Positions 1 to 12,860 of a DNA stretch of 64,000 nt are shown here, in pieces. The DNA comes from Octopus sinensis (lineage: Eukaryota), in NCBI RefSeq assembly GCF_006345805.1, contig NC_043005.1:38750001-38814000 (forward strand). The letters run 5' to 3'. The position numbers and the translations under genes are program-made. The number at the start of each line of letters is the position of its first letter. The stretch's first letter is position 1. Below the pieces are notes generated by a model. It was not told where the DNA came from. It did no database searches and saw only the letters and a program-made list of their open reading frames with translations.

Positions 1-484
1 AGGCGTTTATATTCTAGGGCGGTTTTCACATCATCTTTATAGAAACTCATGTGAAACCCACCTGAAATATTTTCCTGCACTAATGAGGAAGGGAAATCTT
101 TTTGATGCAGTCTCACCTGCGTTGATGATGTGTTGATGTGTTGTCTATTCACCAAAAGAGATCCTTAGTAATGGTGCTCCCTAACATTTGGAGCGAACTT
201 GACAATTATGTTCATTTACCTCTCTTGTTTAAAGTTTGAGGATATACAATAATGCCTCCTTGATATACACAATAACTGTGTTTTAGAGATTTCCGAAACA
301 AGTTTTGTTAGAACTGCTCAATACTTGCATGCATAGCGGGCTTGCTACCTGCAGCCTACGGTACCATGCTAACTTTTCTTTTCAACTAATACTTTCCTGA
401 GCGTTCAGGCCTTTTGCCTCCTTGCGGTCTCTACTGGGCACTCTATTCCGATTTCCTTTATATTCCCTTAATGCTTTCTGAGAC

Positions 485-640
485 TGCCCCTGAAACCCAG
501 GTCGTTGCAGTAACTGGTCCTAAAGCGCGACGGCATTGCTGGGATCTTTGACACTGTACAGTGTCGACACGTTCCAGCGTTTGTGTAGCTTTCACTGTCA
601 AAATTTGGCACAATCCCTTCCAGGATCTTCTAGATGGATA
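485..640 (-). mobile_element. CR1-group LINE ORF2 C-terminal fragment (left half of the Helitron target)
   Basis: The minus strand reads ..SI*KILEGIVPNFDSESYTNAGTCRHCTVSKIP..LGFRG. This continues in frame from LRLYSLEQKRERYAII on the other side of the Helitron. Confidence 0.8.
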
Positions 641-1664
641 TCTCTCTATATATAAACGGCAGTTTGTCTGTGCGTGCTTCTGTGTGTCTGTTTTCTCGTA
701 CCCTCACCCTGACCACGGCTTTCAACCGATTCTGATGAAACTTGACACACACATAGCCCAATGTCATAATTCAAAACTAACGCAGCGAAAATTTTGAAAA
801 GTTCCCCCAGTTCTGAAAAAAATTGATAAATTCGACATGGGGTCGAGAATCATAAACATGAACCACAGACTGTCTAGGGGACGCAACTCGAGAATCTAAG
901 CTTTTTTTATGCAACGCATTATCTATGGTAGTTTTCTCAACTTGCAATCGATTTTCACCAAACTCATGGTGAAGCTTAATGTTACCCTAAGAAACTCAAT
1001 TCTGACGTTAGTTTTCCATGCAATACCTTACCATCAAAACAATCGATAAAATCATGCCATTTTGGGAAATCGCGTTCAAATTCAATGACATATTTTCGAC
1101 AATATCTTTCACAAATTGGCAGGAATCTTTTTTTTTTTCACAACGAGCATCATGTCTGCTCCAAGGAGCTATATAGCCCTTTTTATTCCAATAGGATACT
1201 TATTGGAAAAAATCGGTTAATTTAATCATATGTGGCACACATAGCAAACAAATTTGTGTATTAACAACAAACCAGACTGTCTAGGGGACGCAACTTGACC
1301 TTTTTAGCTATCGATAATTCGATCCAACCAATTCCTACCAGGAAGAAATTACATTCGAGACTTTACCCCCAACACCGCCACTCTGCTAATAGCTGCTGCA
1401 GCCGCAAGTTATTCGAATACTTTTTTTGTTTAAACTTTCTTTATAACTACCACCCCAAACGTTTTACCTTCAATTTTTGACGTACCCTAACGGTCCTCGG
1501 ACGCTACTTGCAAACTCTTGGTTTATTATAAACCACTTTTGTCGTGTGCATCAAAAAAAATTTCCTTTCGTTTGTTCAGTTTGATCACTTTTGACTTTTT
1601 CGTTGTTGTCACTCACATTGCTGCCAGCTTTTTGGCCGTTTTTGTACTTTTTATACATTTTCGG

Positions 1665-1846
1665 ATACTTACCCCACGAGCTCCTTTTATTACACCTTTA
1701 CCAAACACATTGCTATCCACCAAAATACTTACCCCACGTGTTCCTTTTTATTACACCTTTGCCAAACACATTGCTATCCACCAAAATACTTACCCCACGT
1801 GTTCCTTTTTATTACACCTTTGCCAAACACATTGCTATCCACCAAA
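1665..1846 (+). repeat. Three-copy 60-61 bp minisatellite inside the Helitron, abutting the RepHel ATG
   Basis: The unit atacttaccccacg(a/t)g(c/t)tccttttt...tgctatccaccaaa starts at 1665, 1725 and 1786. Confidence 0.95.
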
Positions 1847-4800
1847 ATGCCACCCAAGAAGAGAAGGACCCTCCTCAGCCCTCGGACGGCCAAGGCATCG
1901 GCTGCTAGGGCTAGAAGGGCACGCGAGACCCACGAGGAACCGCCTTGCGCCTCTCGCAAACAGCTTCCCGTTATGCCGCTGCTCAGGCATCTGAAACTAC
2001 TAGCGACCGTTCTACCCGACTTGCAAGGGTCGCAGCGTACAGATCTTCCCTCCGCTCGAGGTTGACGAAAGAGCAACAGTCCAGCCAAAACATGCGGGCT
2101 TCTTACTGTGCTTCCATCCGCAGAGCTCGCGAGAACCCCGAACAAAGGGCCATTCGGAATGCGGCTAACGCCACTAGCACCGCCAGGACACGATCTGTCG
2201 AAACCTCACAGCAGAGGAGAACTCGCCAAGATGCTGACGCCGCAAACAAAGCCATGGCCAAAGCTTCCGAAACACATCAACAGAGGAGAGCTCGCCAAGC
2301 TGCTAACGCCGCAAACACAGCCAGGGCTCGATCTGCCGAAACTCCACACCAACGGACTATTCGGACATCCAGACATGCCATTAACACTGCTTCTGCTAGG
2401 GCTTCAGAGGGTGCTGAGGCGAGAGCTGAAAGGCTTTCAAGGGATGCCACTGCTACGCTGTCGCACGTGCATCTGAATCTGCTGAGGCACGGTGCACTCG
2501 ACTTGAGAGTATCAACAAACGTCGTGATATCATTCGTGGTGTACGTACCCCTGCCCCCGCTTTCTGGTTGTCACTAGCATTCAACTACGACGCCACAATT
2601 AACTTCTCCTTGCGTGACGACATCAAGATAGGGTCAATGACAATTGTATGCCAGTTTTGCAAAGCCAAGAAATGGCCGGAGAGCCCCTGGTTTGTGCTGC
2701 TCTGGTGGCAAAGTGGACCTGCCACCCCTACGGGAACCACCTCAACTACTGAAGGATCTCGCGGCGGGTTTAACCGCCGATTCGTCACAATTCCTTGAAA
2801 TAATTCGAAAGTACAACTGCTCATTCCAAATGACCTCTTTCGGGGCCAAAATTCCTCCAGAGAAGGCTGGATGCCTACTTTCAAAGTGCAGGGACAGGTC
2901 TACCATCTTATTGGGTGCACTTCTACCAGACGAGATTCAGCAGTCTTCTTTCCTCCAAATATACTTCATTGCCGACTACAACCACCAGGTTGATGCACGC
3001 CTTGGAATAATACCGGGTACAAGCTATGTTCCCCGCAAAGACATTCTTCTCCCGTCTCAAACCATGCTTCATGATATCAACAGCTACGTCTGCAGCTTCA
3101 GATATACCTTGGACAGTGCTCCATCTCCAAACTTCACCGTTGTCATTGATGCTGATAAACGACCCCACGGGGAGCACGAACGCCGTTTCAACGCACCTGC
3201 GTGCAACGAAATTGCCGCAGTCATACACGGAGAGCAACACAACAGCCGTGACATAATCATCTCCTCCCGTGGTAACAACCTACACAGGATCAGCGAGACT
3301 CACAGATCTTATGACGCGCTTCAGTATCCATTGCTTTTCCCTTATGGGGAAGACGGCTACCACTTCGGAATTCCTTTACGGCAGCCCTCCAATCAAACTA
3401 CTACTGCGGCATCAAAGACGGTTTCCTGCAGGGCGTTCTACTCATACCGGTTCATGGTCAGGGAGGGTGAGTTCAACTTATTGCCCCGTTGTCGTCAGCT
3501 ATTCAACCAGTTCGCCGTCGACATGGCCGCAAAAATGGAATCGGAAAGGCTGCTATACATTAAACTTAATCAGACCAAACTTCGCTCCGACTCCTACATT
3601 CATCTCCGTGACGGTTTGCAACAAAAAATGACCCTCGCAACATCGGCAAGCCATGCATTCTACCCTCCACCTTCACGGGGGGACCGCGATATATGCGTGA
3701 AAGGACCCAAGACGCCTTGACCTACGTGCGCATTTACGGCCGGCCGGACCTCTTTATCACCTACACGTGAAATCCCAGCTGCGACGAAATCACTCGCGAA
3801 CTCCTCCCGGGTCAATCTCACACCCATCGACACGACATCGTTGCTAGGGTTTTCCGTCTGAATTTGGGCAAAATGAAGGATTTGATAGTTAAGGTCAGAT
3901 TTTCGGGCATGTCAGGTGCCACATGTTTTCGGTCGAGTGGCAAAAGAGGGGCTTGCCACATGCTCACATCTTAATTTGGCTCACTCATAAAATCGAGACT
4001 AATGACATTGACAAATTCATTTCCGCCGAGATTCCTGACCCCGATGAGGACCCCGGACTCTACGAAATTGTCCGCACTACCATGGTACACGGGCCCTGTG
4101 GACCAAATTACGCCAACACACCATGTTACAAAAACGGATTAGCCTGCTCAAAGGGATTCCCTAAACGGTTCACTTTGGAGACTCAAACAGGCGGCGATGG
4201 GTATCCGCTGTACAAACGAAGGAGTCCAGCCAATGGAGGCCGCACGATTACGGTTGGGCGACATCAAGTGGACAACAGCTACATTGTCCCCTACTGTCCT
4301 CTCCTGTCGAAGATATTCAAAGCCCACGTCAACGTTGAGTTCTGCAGCTCCATCAGGTCAATACAATATGTCTGCAAATATATCAACAAAGGCAGCGATG
4401 CTGCCATGTTCAGCATCCAGAGGACCACCAGTCGCGACGAAGTGTCCAACTACTTGGCTGGCCGGTACCTCAGCAGCAACGAAGCGTTTTGGCGCATTTA
4501 CGGCTTCCCGCTCCATCAGAGACACCCGGCTGTGGTACAGCTTGCTGTACACTTGGAAAATGGACAGCGGATTTACTTCACAGAGCAAAGTGCTGTGCAG
4601 ATAGCCACCAGCCCTAAAGACACAACGTTGACTGGTTTATTCAAATTATGCCAACGTGATGACTTCGCTCGAACGCTTTTGTACCCACAGGTCCCATCGT
4701 ACTTCGTGTGGTCTAAAAACACCTGGGTTCGACGGAAATCCGGCAAAACGTCGAAAGCTTCCCAGGCGTCAAGTTTGACTCCTGCCTGGGTCGAGTTTAC

Positions 4801-6711
4801 AACATCCCGCCAAACCAGCAAGAATGCTTCTACCTCCGTCTCCTTCTACATGAGGTCACTGGTCCAACAGGTTTCGCCAATATACGTACCGTCAATGGGG
4901 TTCTGTGCGACACCTTCAGAGAAGCATGTATGAGACTTGGCCTTCTAGAGGATGACTCCCAGTGGGACGCCACGATGGCAGAGGGTGCTTTACTGCAAAC
5001 GCATTCGGCCCTACGACATCTTTTCGCAATCCTTCTTCAAAAATGTCAGCTTAGTGATCCACTAAGTCTCTGGATGAAATACAGGGATGACATGTCGCAC
5101 GACTTCTTAAGTACGGCTCAGCAACACTGCCCTTCCGCCGAGATCACGTTCACCAACTTCATTTACAATTTTGCGCTCATTCAACTCGAAGACGCTGTCA
5201 TCGATATGGGTGGGTCTGCTTTAACAGAGTACGGCCTTCCACCACCCACACGTGAACACGCCAATGTTATGTCTGCTGAATTGTTACGCGAAACTTCCTA
5301 CTGCATTGAGGAACTGCACCAGTACGTCCAAGATAATGAACCACGGCTGCTTCCAGACCAGCGCATAGCCTACAACACCATCGTACTCTGTCAGACAGCA
5401 ACGTGGGGGGATTTTCTTCCTTGATGCACCCGGCGGCACTGGCAAAACCTTCGTCACTAAACTAATTCTGGCAGAGGTCAGACGCAACACGGACATTGCC
5501 CTGGCTGTAGCTTCCTCTGGTATCGCGGCCACGTTGCTTCCGGGTGGCAGAACCGCCCACTCTGCCTTCAGACTCCCGCTCGATCTGGCAAAGTCCGAGT
5601 CACCTATCTGCAACATCGCCAAGAACTCAGAACAGGCCGACATTCTGCGCAGATGCAAACTCATCGTATGGGACGAGTGCACTATGGCACACAAAGGCGC
5701 CCTTGAGGCACTGGACAGGTCCCTGCAAGACATCAGAGACTCTACGGCCCCCATGGGAGGATTAACTTTACTTCTTTCAGGAGACTTCAGGCAGACTCTA
5801 CCTGTTATTCCAAAAGGAACCCGTGCCGATGCCGTGCGCGCGTGCCTTAAGTCGTCAGCTCTTTGGGCACATGTGCGGCCCTTGCACCTCCAAACTAACA
5901 TGGCGCGCGCAGTTAATTGGTGACAGCGGATCCGCTGCATTCTCCAGGGACCTCTTATCGCTCGGTGAAAATAGGATGCTGTCTGATGCGGATGGCTACG
6001 TTCAATTGGACTCACTTTGCACCATTGTCGACACCCCTGCTAGCCTCCGGGACGCTGTCTTCCACGACCTACAAAACATTTTACGCGACCTAATATGGCT
6101 GCAGGCAGAGCTATTCTCGCACCCAAAAAATACACCGTCAACTCCATCAATATCCAGCTACTTGAAGCTATTCCTGGTGATGTCCACGTCTACAAATCTA
6201 TAGATAGGACAGCAGACCCCGCCCAGCTTGCCGATTATCCTGTTGAATTCCTGAATTCACTTGAACCGCCAGGCCTGCCACCACACATCCTGAAGTTAAA
6301 AGTCGGTGCGCCCATTATGCTCATCAGGAATTTGTTTCCACCTAAACAGTGCAACGGCACACGTTTGGTTGTGAAACATTTGGCACCACATTTAATAACG
6401 GCCACAATACTTACCGGTGTGGGAAGGCAGATGACGTCTTCATTCCACGGATGCACCTTCAACCGTCGGGCGCTGACCTACCAATCCACTTCAGGCGTTC
6501 TCAGTTTCCTGTTAAACTCTGCTTCGCAATGTCCATCAATAAATCCCAGGCCCAACGCTACAAGTCGCTGGGTTACATTTGGGCGAACAGTGCTTCGCCC
6601 ACGGTCAACTCTACGTGGGCTGTTCACGCGTTGGGAGGCGCAATGATGTTTTCATGTTTTCGCCCAAACGGACAGCTAGAAGGAAACTCGTATACAGAAG
6701 TATTCCAGTGA
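1847..6711 (+). pseudogene. Helitron Rep/PIF1-helicase (RepHel) gene, frameshifted in this sequence
   Basis: It starts MPPKKRR at ATG 1847, followed by a Zn-binding region CQFCKAKKW...CCSGGKV and the motif YDALQYPLLFPYGEDGY. Rep motifs: PDLFITYT*NP (~3745), HUH motif VEWQKRGLPHAHILIWL (~3932) and YVCKYINKG (~4366). PIF1 motifs: FLDAPGGTGKTF (~5417), IVWDECTM, LLSGDFRQTLPV, SINKSQ and FAHGQLYVGCSRV. The protein is distributed over many reading frames. Confidence 0.93.
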
Positions 6712-6833
6712 AGACAAGACATTGCAACGTCCACATGCACCTTCGTTCCCTGGAGGGAAAGGACTACATTGGGATTAGTCGTTGCCTACTAGGGGCTCTT
6801 ACATACCCGGGCAACGCCGGGCTATGCTGCTAG

Positions 6834-7850
6834 TTATTGCATATCTCTCCCGCTTTTGCTCCAGGGAGTAGAGTCTTAGCTGCTTCAGCCTTTCACAGTA
6901 GCTAAGGTTTCATTGTAGCTAAGCTGCAATGAGACGATCTTCTTTGTGAATCATCGCTGAATTGCTTCAGCGTCCGCTGTTAATTTTACACTGTGAAGCG
7001 ACCATAGCTGGGAGCAGAAGTCCAGGCGGCTGAGGACCATCATGATTTCCTTTTCTCTGGTTCTGAAGGTTCTCATGATCCATCAGACACGAAATATTTT
7101 AGCTTCATGCAATGTCTGGTGTGTAGAGACATTTCGACCAGTCCTGTCTGCAAATCACGTTTTGGATCGATTTCCAGTCTGCTTTGTGGAGGTTCAGATT
7201 TGAGAGATTTTGGATCCTTCCTTTAGACTATATGTCTCTGGCTACTTTTGGTCCATACATAGACAGCTCTATTATGCTGTGATCCGAAACTGATATCGGC
7301 ATCACTTTCACATTATGAACGATGTCCATATTGTTTCTGAAGCAGTGATCTAATATATTATTAACCCTAGTTAGACTCAGCACAACTTTCTCCATGAATA
7401 GGGCATTGGTGAGGTTGAGCAGAGACTCCACTTGTACTTGTTTGCAATGAGAGTCCTTTGTGAGAGCATGAGGCCATCGGGCCATTTGACATTGGGGAAG
7501 TTGAAATCACCCATAAGAAACACGCGCACATGATGTTCCAGTTTCATGAGGATTTCTTTTATTCTTGTGAGGCAATCTTCAAACTTGTCTATGTGGTTTG
7601 GTACATCCGGTGGGCAATATGCATTGCATATGACTATATTGTGTTGTCTTATGTATACAACTCGAGTGTCACAATTTTAGTATGACAGTAGGATCCTGGG
7701 TGTGAGGTCCTCACGGAAATATACAGCAACTCCACAAGGTTCCTTTCCGTTCTGTCTGTTCGCAGTATATATTTTGGTACTTCTGCATCCTCTAAATCAG
7801 GGCTCAGATGGGTTTCCGCGAGTGTTATGCATAGGGCTTGATTGCTTTAT
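6834..7850 (-). mobile_element. CR1-group LINE remnant: APE endonuclease fused to the ORF2 C-terminus (RT core missing)
   Basis: The minus strand gives APE motifs LAETHLSPD, GVAVY, LMGDFNFPNVKW, NILDHCF and SDHSII. Post-RT motifs follow: WIMRTFRTRE, VLSRLDFCSQLWS and SYCERLKQLRLYSLE. Confidence 0.85.
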
Positions 7851-7851
7851 T

Positions 7852-7910
<59 letters not shown>

Positions 7911-8179
7911 ATCTTTGTATTCAACTTTGGTTGGTTGCTTACTTGATTATTTTAGTCACGTTTTTGATAGCACATATAGAGTGAGAAGTATAAGTGGATA
8001 AAAGGGTAAAAGATAGATGCAGAAAAAGTTGATTGGGAGAAATTAAAAAAGAACGACGGCTACATAACGATGTTTGTTTCAGAAACTTGTGTGCTGAGTT
8101 TAAACTATACTGTAGATTACTTTGGCAAACTGAACTTAGTTTTTCCCAGTTTAGCATCGCCATTTGACAATTTGGGTGA

Positions 8180-8640
8180 TTTTAGCGGCACCCCATCTTA
8201 GGTTTACCAGCTGAAAGTCGCTATCGATTTTCTGATGCCAGTTTATATTGGAACCCTCATGCGCTATTGCCCCTGAGGTTTTCACTTAAGGACTTAATTA
8301 TCGTTTCTGTTTGTCGGGAGTCTTACGTGGCCCAAACTAACTCGGTTGACACTTGCAGGTGGTGAGAGTGATGGAGCTGGTTTTAACCCTCCTCATTGCT
8401 GATAAAGTCGCTCCATTTGATATCTAGTATTATTAGGAAGCATCTACTTTCAAAAGTGTCTATGTTCTTTCTTTGGCAGGTTTTCAGGTGCCATGTTTCA
8501 CAAACAAATACAAAGGTAGTAGACTTAATTTGTCCCTCGATTTAACACAAACAACTTCACACCTTGCTCTGTGGCAAGCTTTCCTGTCACCTCTCTCACA
8601 AGTCTCGTAGGCTCTCTCAAGGGTCATGAACTCTGTCTTC
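8180..8640 (-). mobile_element. Degraded RTE-clade LINE 3' fragment
   Basis: The minus-strand pieces CETW, IDTFESRCFLIILDIKWSDFISNEE and LGHVRL resemble the post-RT region of RTE elements. Confidence 0.6.
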
Positions 8641-9552
8641 ACAAAAGTACACTACCACCACCAAAAACGTAACGTAATAGCACATATTTTTGAATGTATA
8701 CATTAAGAGTTCAAATTCGAACAGTGACAACCCTACAGTTTTTACTCCCTTGGGATCCTATAAAAGAGTTAATTTAATATAAATGCAAACAACAGCAGTT
8801 ACACTATATCACACACAAAAATCTGGCATTTTGCCTCGTCAAAAGAAACAAACATGACGTTAAATTTTCATTTGTCAGATATATGTATGTACATGTGTAT
8901 ATGTATGTATACATACATATATGCGCGCGCGCGTGTGTGCGTGTGTGTGTTTGTGTGTGTGTGTGCGTGCGTGCGTGCGAGTGGGGGTTTTTTTCTACTT
9001 TGTTTCTTTTTGGTTTTCGTTATATTTAGCAGTGATATTAGTTGATTCAATCTGCAAACATATAACACCAACGGGAATATTTCTAGGAATAAACCTCGCT
9101 GAAGCCGTCTAATGCATCAGTGCTTCTGAAAAATTAACAACTATTGGTCAGAATATATGAATAGATTAAATATGCAGGTTTCGACGAAACACTTTTAGCA
9201 ACTGCGGGGAAGAATATGATATACACATTCACTTTTCTATATTACTGTGTGAATGAACACACAGGCGCGCGTGCGAGGGCTCACACACACTCACGTATGA
9301 ACACACACACACACATATATCTATATATATATATACTTTTACATGTGTGTGTATATATGTGTATAAATATATGGATGTGTGAGTATCTGTATGTGTTGCG
9401 CACGAGTGTCTGTTCATGGGCACACACCCAAAACGTAGACATGTATCTACATATAATATGCACCCACACATCCACAACACAGCTCCACATACACGCATAA
9501 AGATATAAGTGTAACACATACACACGCATGCATATATATGTATATATGTGTG

Positions 9553-9640
<88 letters not shown>

Positions 9641-9666
9641 GTGTTTGTGAGTGTGTGTGCGTCTCT

Positions 9667-9726
<60 letters not shown>

Positions 9727-9937
9727 GGTGTGTGTGTGTACGTATGTGCTTGTTTATATATCTTTTTCTTTATCCATCTATCTATCTATCGAACTATCCA
9801 TACACATGCGCACACACCCACACAAATATATATTCGGTGTTAGCCAGTATACGGGTGCGTGTCCGTGTGTGTGTATATATGTATACATACATACATATAA
9901 TATATACATAAACACATATAATATATAAATATACATG

Positions 9938-9972
<35 letters not shown>

Positions 9973-10425
9973 ACCCACACAGAGGGACTCACACAGTGGA
10001 TAACACCGATTATTAAACACTCTTTTATACCCAGACACACATACATACATTCTAAGCTAGTAATATAGTCAAAGGCTCACGTAGCTCTCTTTGGGTTTAG
10101 TTTACTCTTAATGTAGCTACTGTTAGAACTGTTGGTGTTAGAAGAAAAGAAAATCGTTAGAAGTAAATCATATTTGTATGACCAGTGATATGATTGACTT
10201 TCATTTACCAGTAAATACACATGTGCACGCAATCACACACACACACACACACACACGTACAGGTATACATAGCTAGCTATTCGTATACATCTTCATATAT
10301 GTGTACTTCCTATATATACTCGTAGCAGCATACGGATAAGTATACAGGTATAACGTACATGCTTATATATGAATGCATATATGTATATGTGTATATATAT
10401 ATATATATATAATATATATATATTA

Positions 10426-10470
<45 letters not shown>

Positions 10471-10682
10471 TCTGGGGAGAATCATTCTCTCTTAGTGCCT
10501 TATTATTTAACACACTCACTGGTAAAGTTTCCACTCATTTATTTTTCCTAAAGTTTTCGTTGCGTCTTGCAACTTTTCAATTGTCGTTAACTCTCTCCAT
10601 TATCCGAGCTGCGTTTCTTCAGCTTGTTTGTGCGCATGTGTGTGGATCAGTGTGCGTCCGCATACTCATGTATGTATGTATG

Positions 10683-10716
<34 letters not shown>

Positions 10717-11217
10717 TGTATGTATGTATGTATGTATGTATGCATGCATGCATGTATGTATGTATGTATGCATGCACGCATGTTTGTATGTATGTACGTG
10801 TGTATGCATGTATGTATGCATGCATGCATGTATGTGTATGCATGTACGTTTGTATGTGTACATATGTATATATGTATGCATGTGTGTACCTCTGTCACCT
10901 TGTGTGTGCCTGTCTGTGTGTGTCTGTGTGTATGGATGTATGTCTTAATATGTGTCCTTGCGTGAAGTGATGTGTGTATAGAGTAACGTGTTTCAGTCTT
11001 CATTTCTGAATGCATGTGTGTATTTGTGCTTTTCTGTTCATATAACCTATGTACACATTCGTCTGTATGACTATCTGTTTACATTCAAATCCATTTATCT
11101 ACATACATATGCATATACATATACGTATACATATATACATACATACACACATGCACACATGCATACATCTACATAACAACCCACTAACTATTCTACCTGT
11201 ACAAACACACACACACA

Positions 11218-11277
<60 letters not shown>

Positions 11278-11299
11278 AACTGTGAGTATGGGGTTGATT

Positions 11300-11995
11300 A
11301 CCTACTACTTATATTTCCTATTTAGTACTGAGGATGTTTCATTTTTGAGGACGTACTCCTATATTTGTCTGAGTGTTGGTTCCTTTGGATGCTTAGATAA
11401 AATGCGGGTGTCAAGCTGACCAAGGTTGCCTCCATGTTGGTCCTTGGTATGTTGGTAGAGTATAGAGAACTTTTTTTTGTCGTCATATTGGTCTCAAATG
11501 TTAATTTAGTCTTTCTGCGATGCTGCTACATATCTCTGCTATGTATGTCATGTTCTTGTCTTTAAAAGCACCTTCTACGCACCTTATGCTTTAGACTACA
11601 TTTCTAGTTCTACAGTTAATGGCAGGGTTAGTCCTACATGCCATGCAGTTATCACTGGTGCATATGGTATTCTCAAAGGGGTACGTCCTACGTAGATGTG
11701 ATCTGACGGAGTTCCCTGGCTTTTCAACAATCTTGTGGTTTGTCTCCTTCAGAGCTTTCCTAAATCTTCGGGATAGCTATCCATGGGCTGTGACCTCTAC
11801 AAACATCACTTCTTAATATTTGTCGGTATTGTACCACGGGTTCATCCCGTTTGCTTTGTCACAAGCTCTTTGTATTCTGTTCCCTTCTATTCCCTTCTTT
11901 ATTTCTATAACTAAGGCAGGTCTCACTGGTCTCGTTATCTAACCCCTTTCTAGTACCCCTGTATGCTTGAACCCTATCTTTCTGATCATATCCGG
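11300..11995 (-). mobile_element. Penelope-like element remnant (Cys-rich linker plus GIY-YIG endonuclease)
   Basis: The minus strand reads VMFVEVT..KIVEKPGNSVRSHLRRTYPFENTICTSDNCMACRTNPAINCRTRNVV*SIRC..TYIAEICSSIAERLN*H..RQI*E..VLNRK. It is bounded by (TA)n tracts. Confidence 0.7.
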
Positions 11996-12012
11996 AGAAT
12001 TGCATGCGGTGC

Positions 12013-12094
<82 letters not shown>

Positions 12095-12199
12095 GGGCAT
12101 GGCAGAAGTAAATAGACTCCCCATAAAGCATCGTTTTATGCTTATATTAACTTGAAAAGTTTTACATTTTTCATTAATTAACATTTATCTTTCAAGTGC

Positions 12200-12860
12200 T
12201 GTATGTTATTGCTTAATCACGCCAAGTACAAAATACGCTCTCGAACTGTTCGAATTTCAAAGAGACCGTACAGTGGGTCTATCTAAAGGTGGACATATTT
12301 AGCGTAAAATCACAGATAACCTGGGGGTCCCGCTTTCTATAGTTTTACAGAGTGATTTTGCAGTTCACCAGAGAGAGGAATGAGCCCACATCATCTCGCC
12401 CAGGACAGCTAGGGCCCTCTGACAGGATCCTTCATTTTGTTAAGAGAAGCGTGGAGGATAATCATCCTTGCAAGGCCTCTAACATAACAGAACAAGTTGA
12501 TGTCGGTCCCAGAACAGCTGTCAACTATCTCCACAAACTTGGCTACTATGGCAGAGCAGCAAGAAGGAAGCTAAATCTTCGACCAGCCAATATTAAGCGA
12601 AGAAAAGATTTGGCCAGTGAGATGGTGGAGAGGCCACTAGCATTTTGGAACACTTTCATATCCTCTGATTAGTCCATATTTGCTGTATTTTCTGATTGTG
12701 GTCGAGCGTTAGTCTGGAGAATGCGTGATCAAGAATTTGACGTGGAAAGATTGAAGCCAACAATGAAACACCTTTGCTATTCGCAGATGGCCTGTGGAGC
12801 AATTTGGGTCAATGTTCGATCAGAGCTGGTAGGGTGTGAGGGAAACATAAACCCAGATAA
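12200..12860 (+). mobile_element. Tc1-like transposase fossil
   Basis: Motifs LHKLGYYGRAARRKLNL, WNTFISSD*S (WxxVxFSDES-like), VWR, PTMKH and MACGAIW are present. Confidence 0.8.

Larger units (their letters stand above)
641..6833 (+). mobile_element. Full-length autonomous-type Helitron (rolling-circle transposon)
   Basis: The 5' end is a|TCtctctatatataaacggc (TC at 641). The 3' end has the hairpin cccgg-gcaacg-ccggg (6806-6821) followed by CTAG (6830-6833)|t. It is inserted between A and T with no TSD and contains Rep and helicase coding sequence. Confidence 0.96.

Noticed and set aside
728-746. ctgatgaaac resembling a hammerhead core
   Set aside because: It has no stem II or III and is part of the Helitron subterminal sequence.
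1665-1846. CRISPR-like array
   Set aside because: The units are contiguous with no unique spacers, and the context is a eukaryotic transposon.
2585-6015. Minus-strand ORFs overlapping the Helitron (e.g. 5284-6015, 243 aa)
   Set aside because: They are antisense shadows of a GC-rich coding region with no recognisable motifs.
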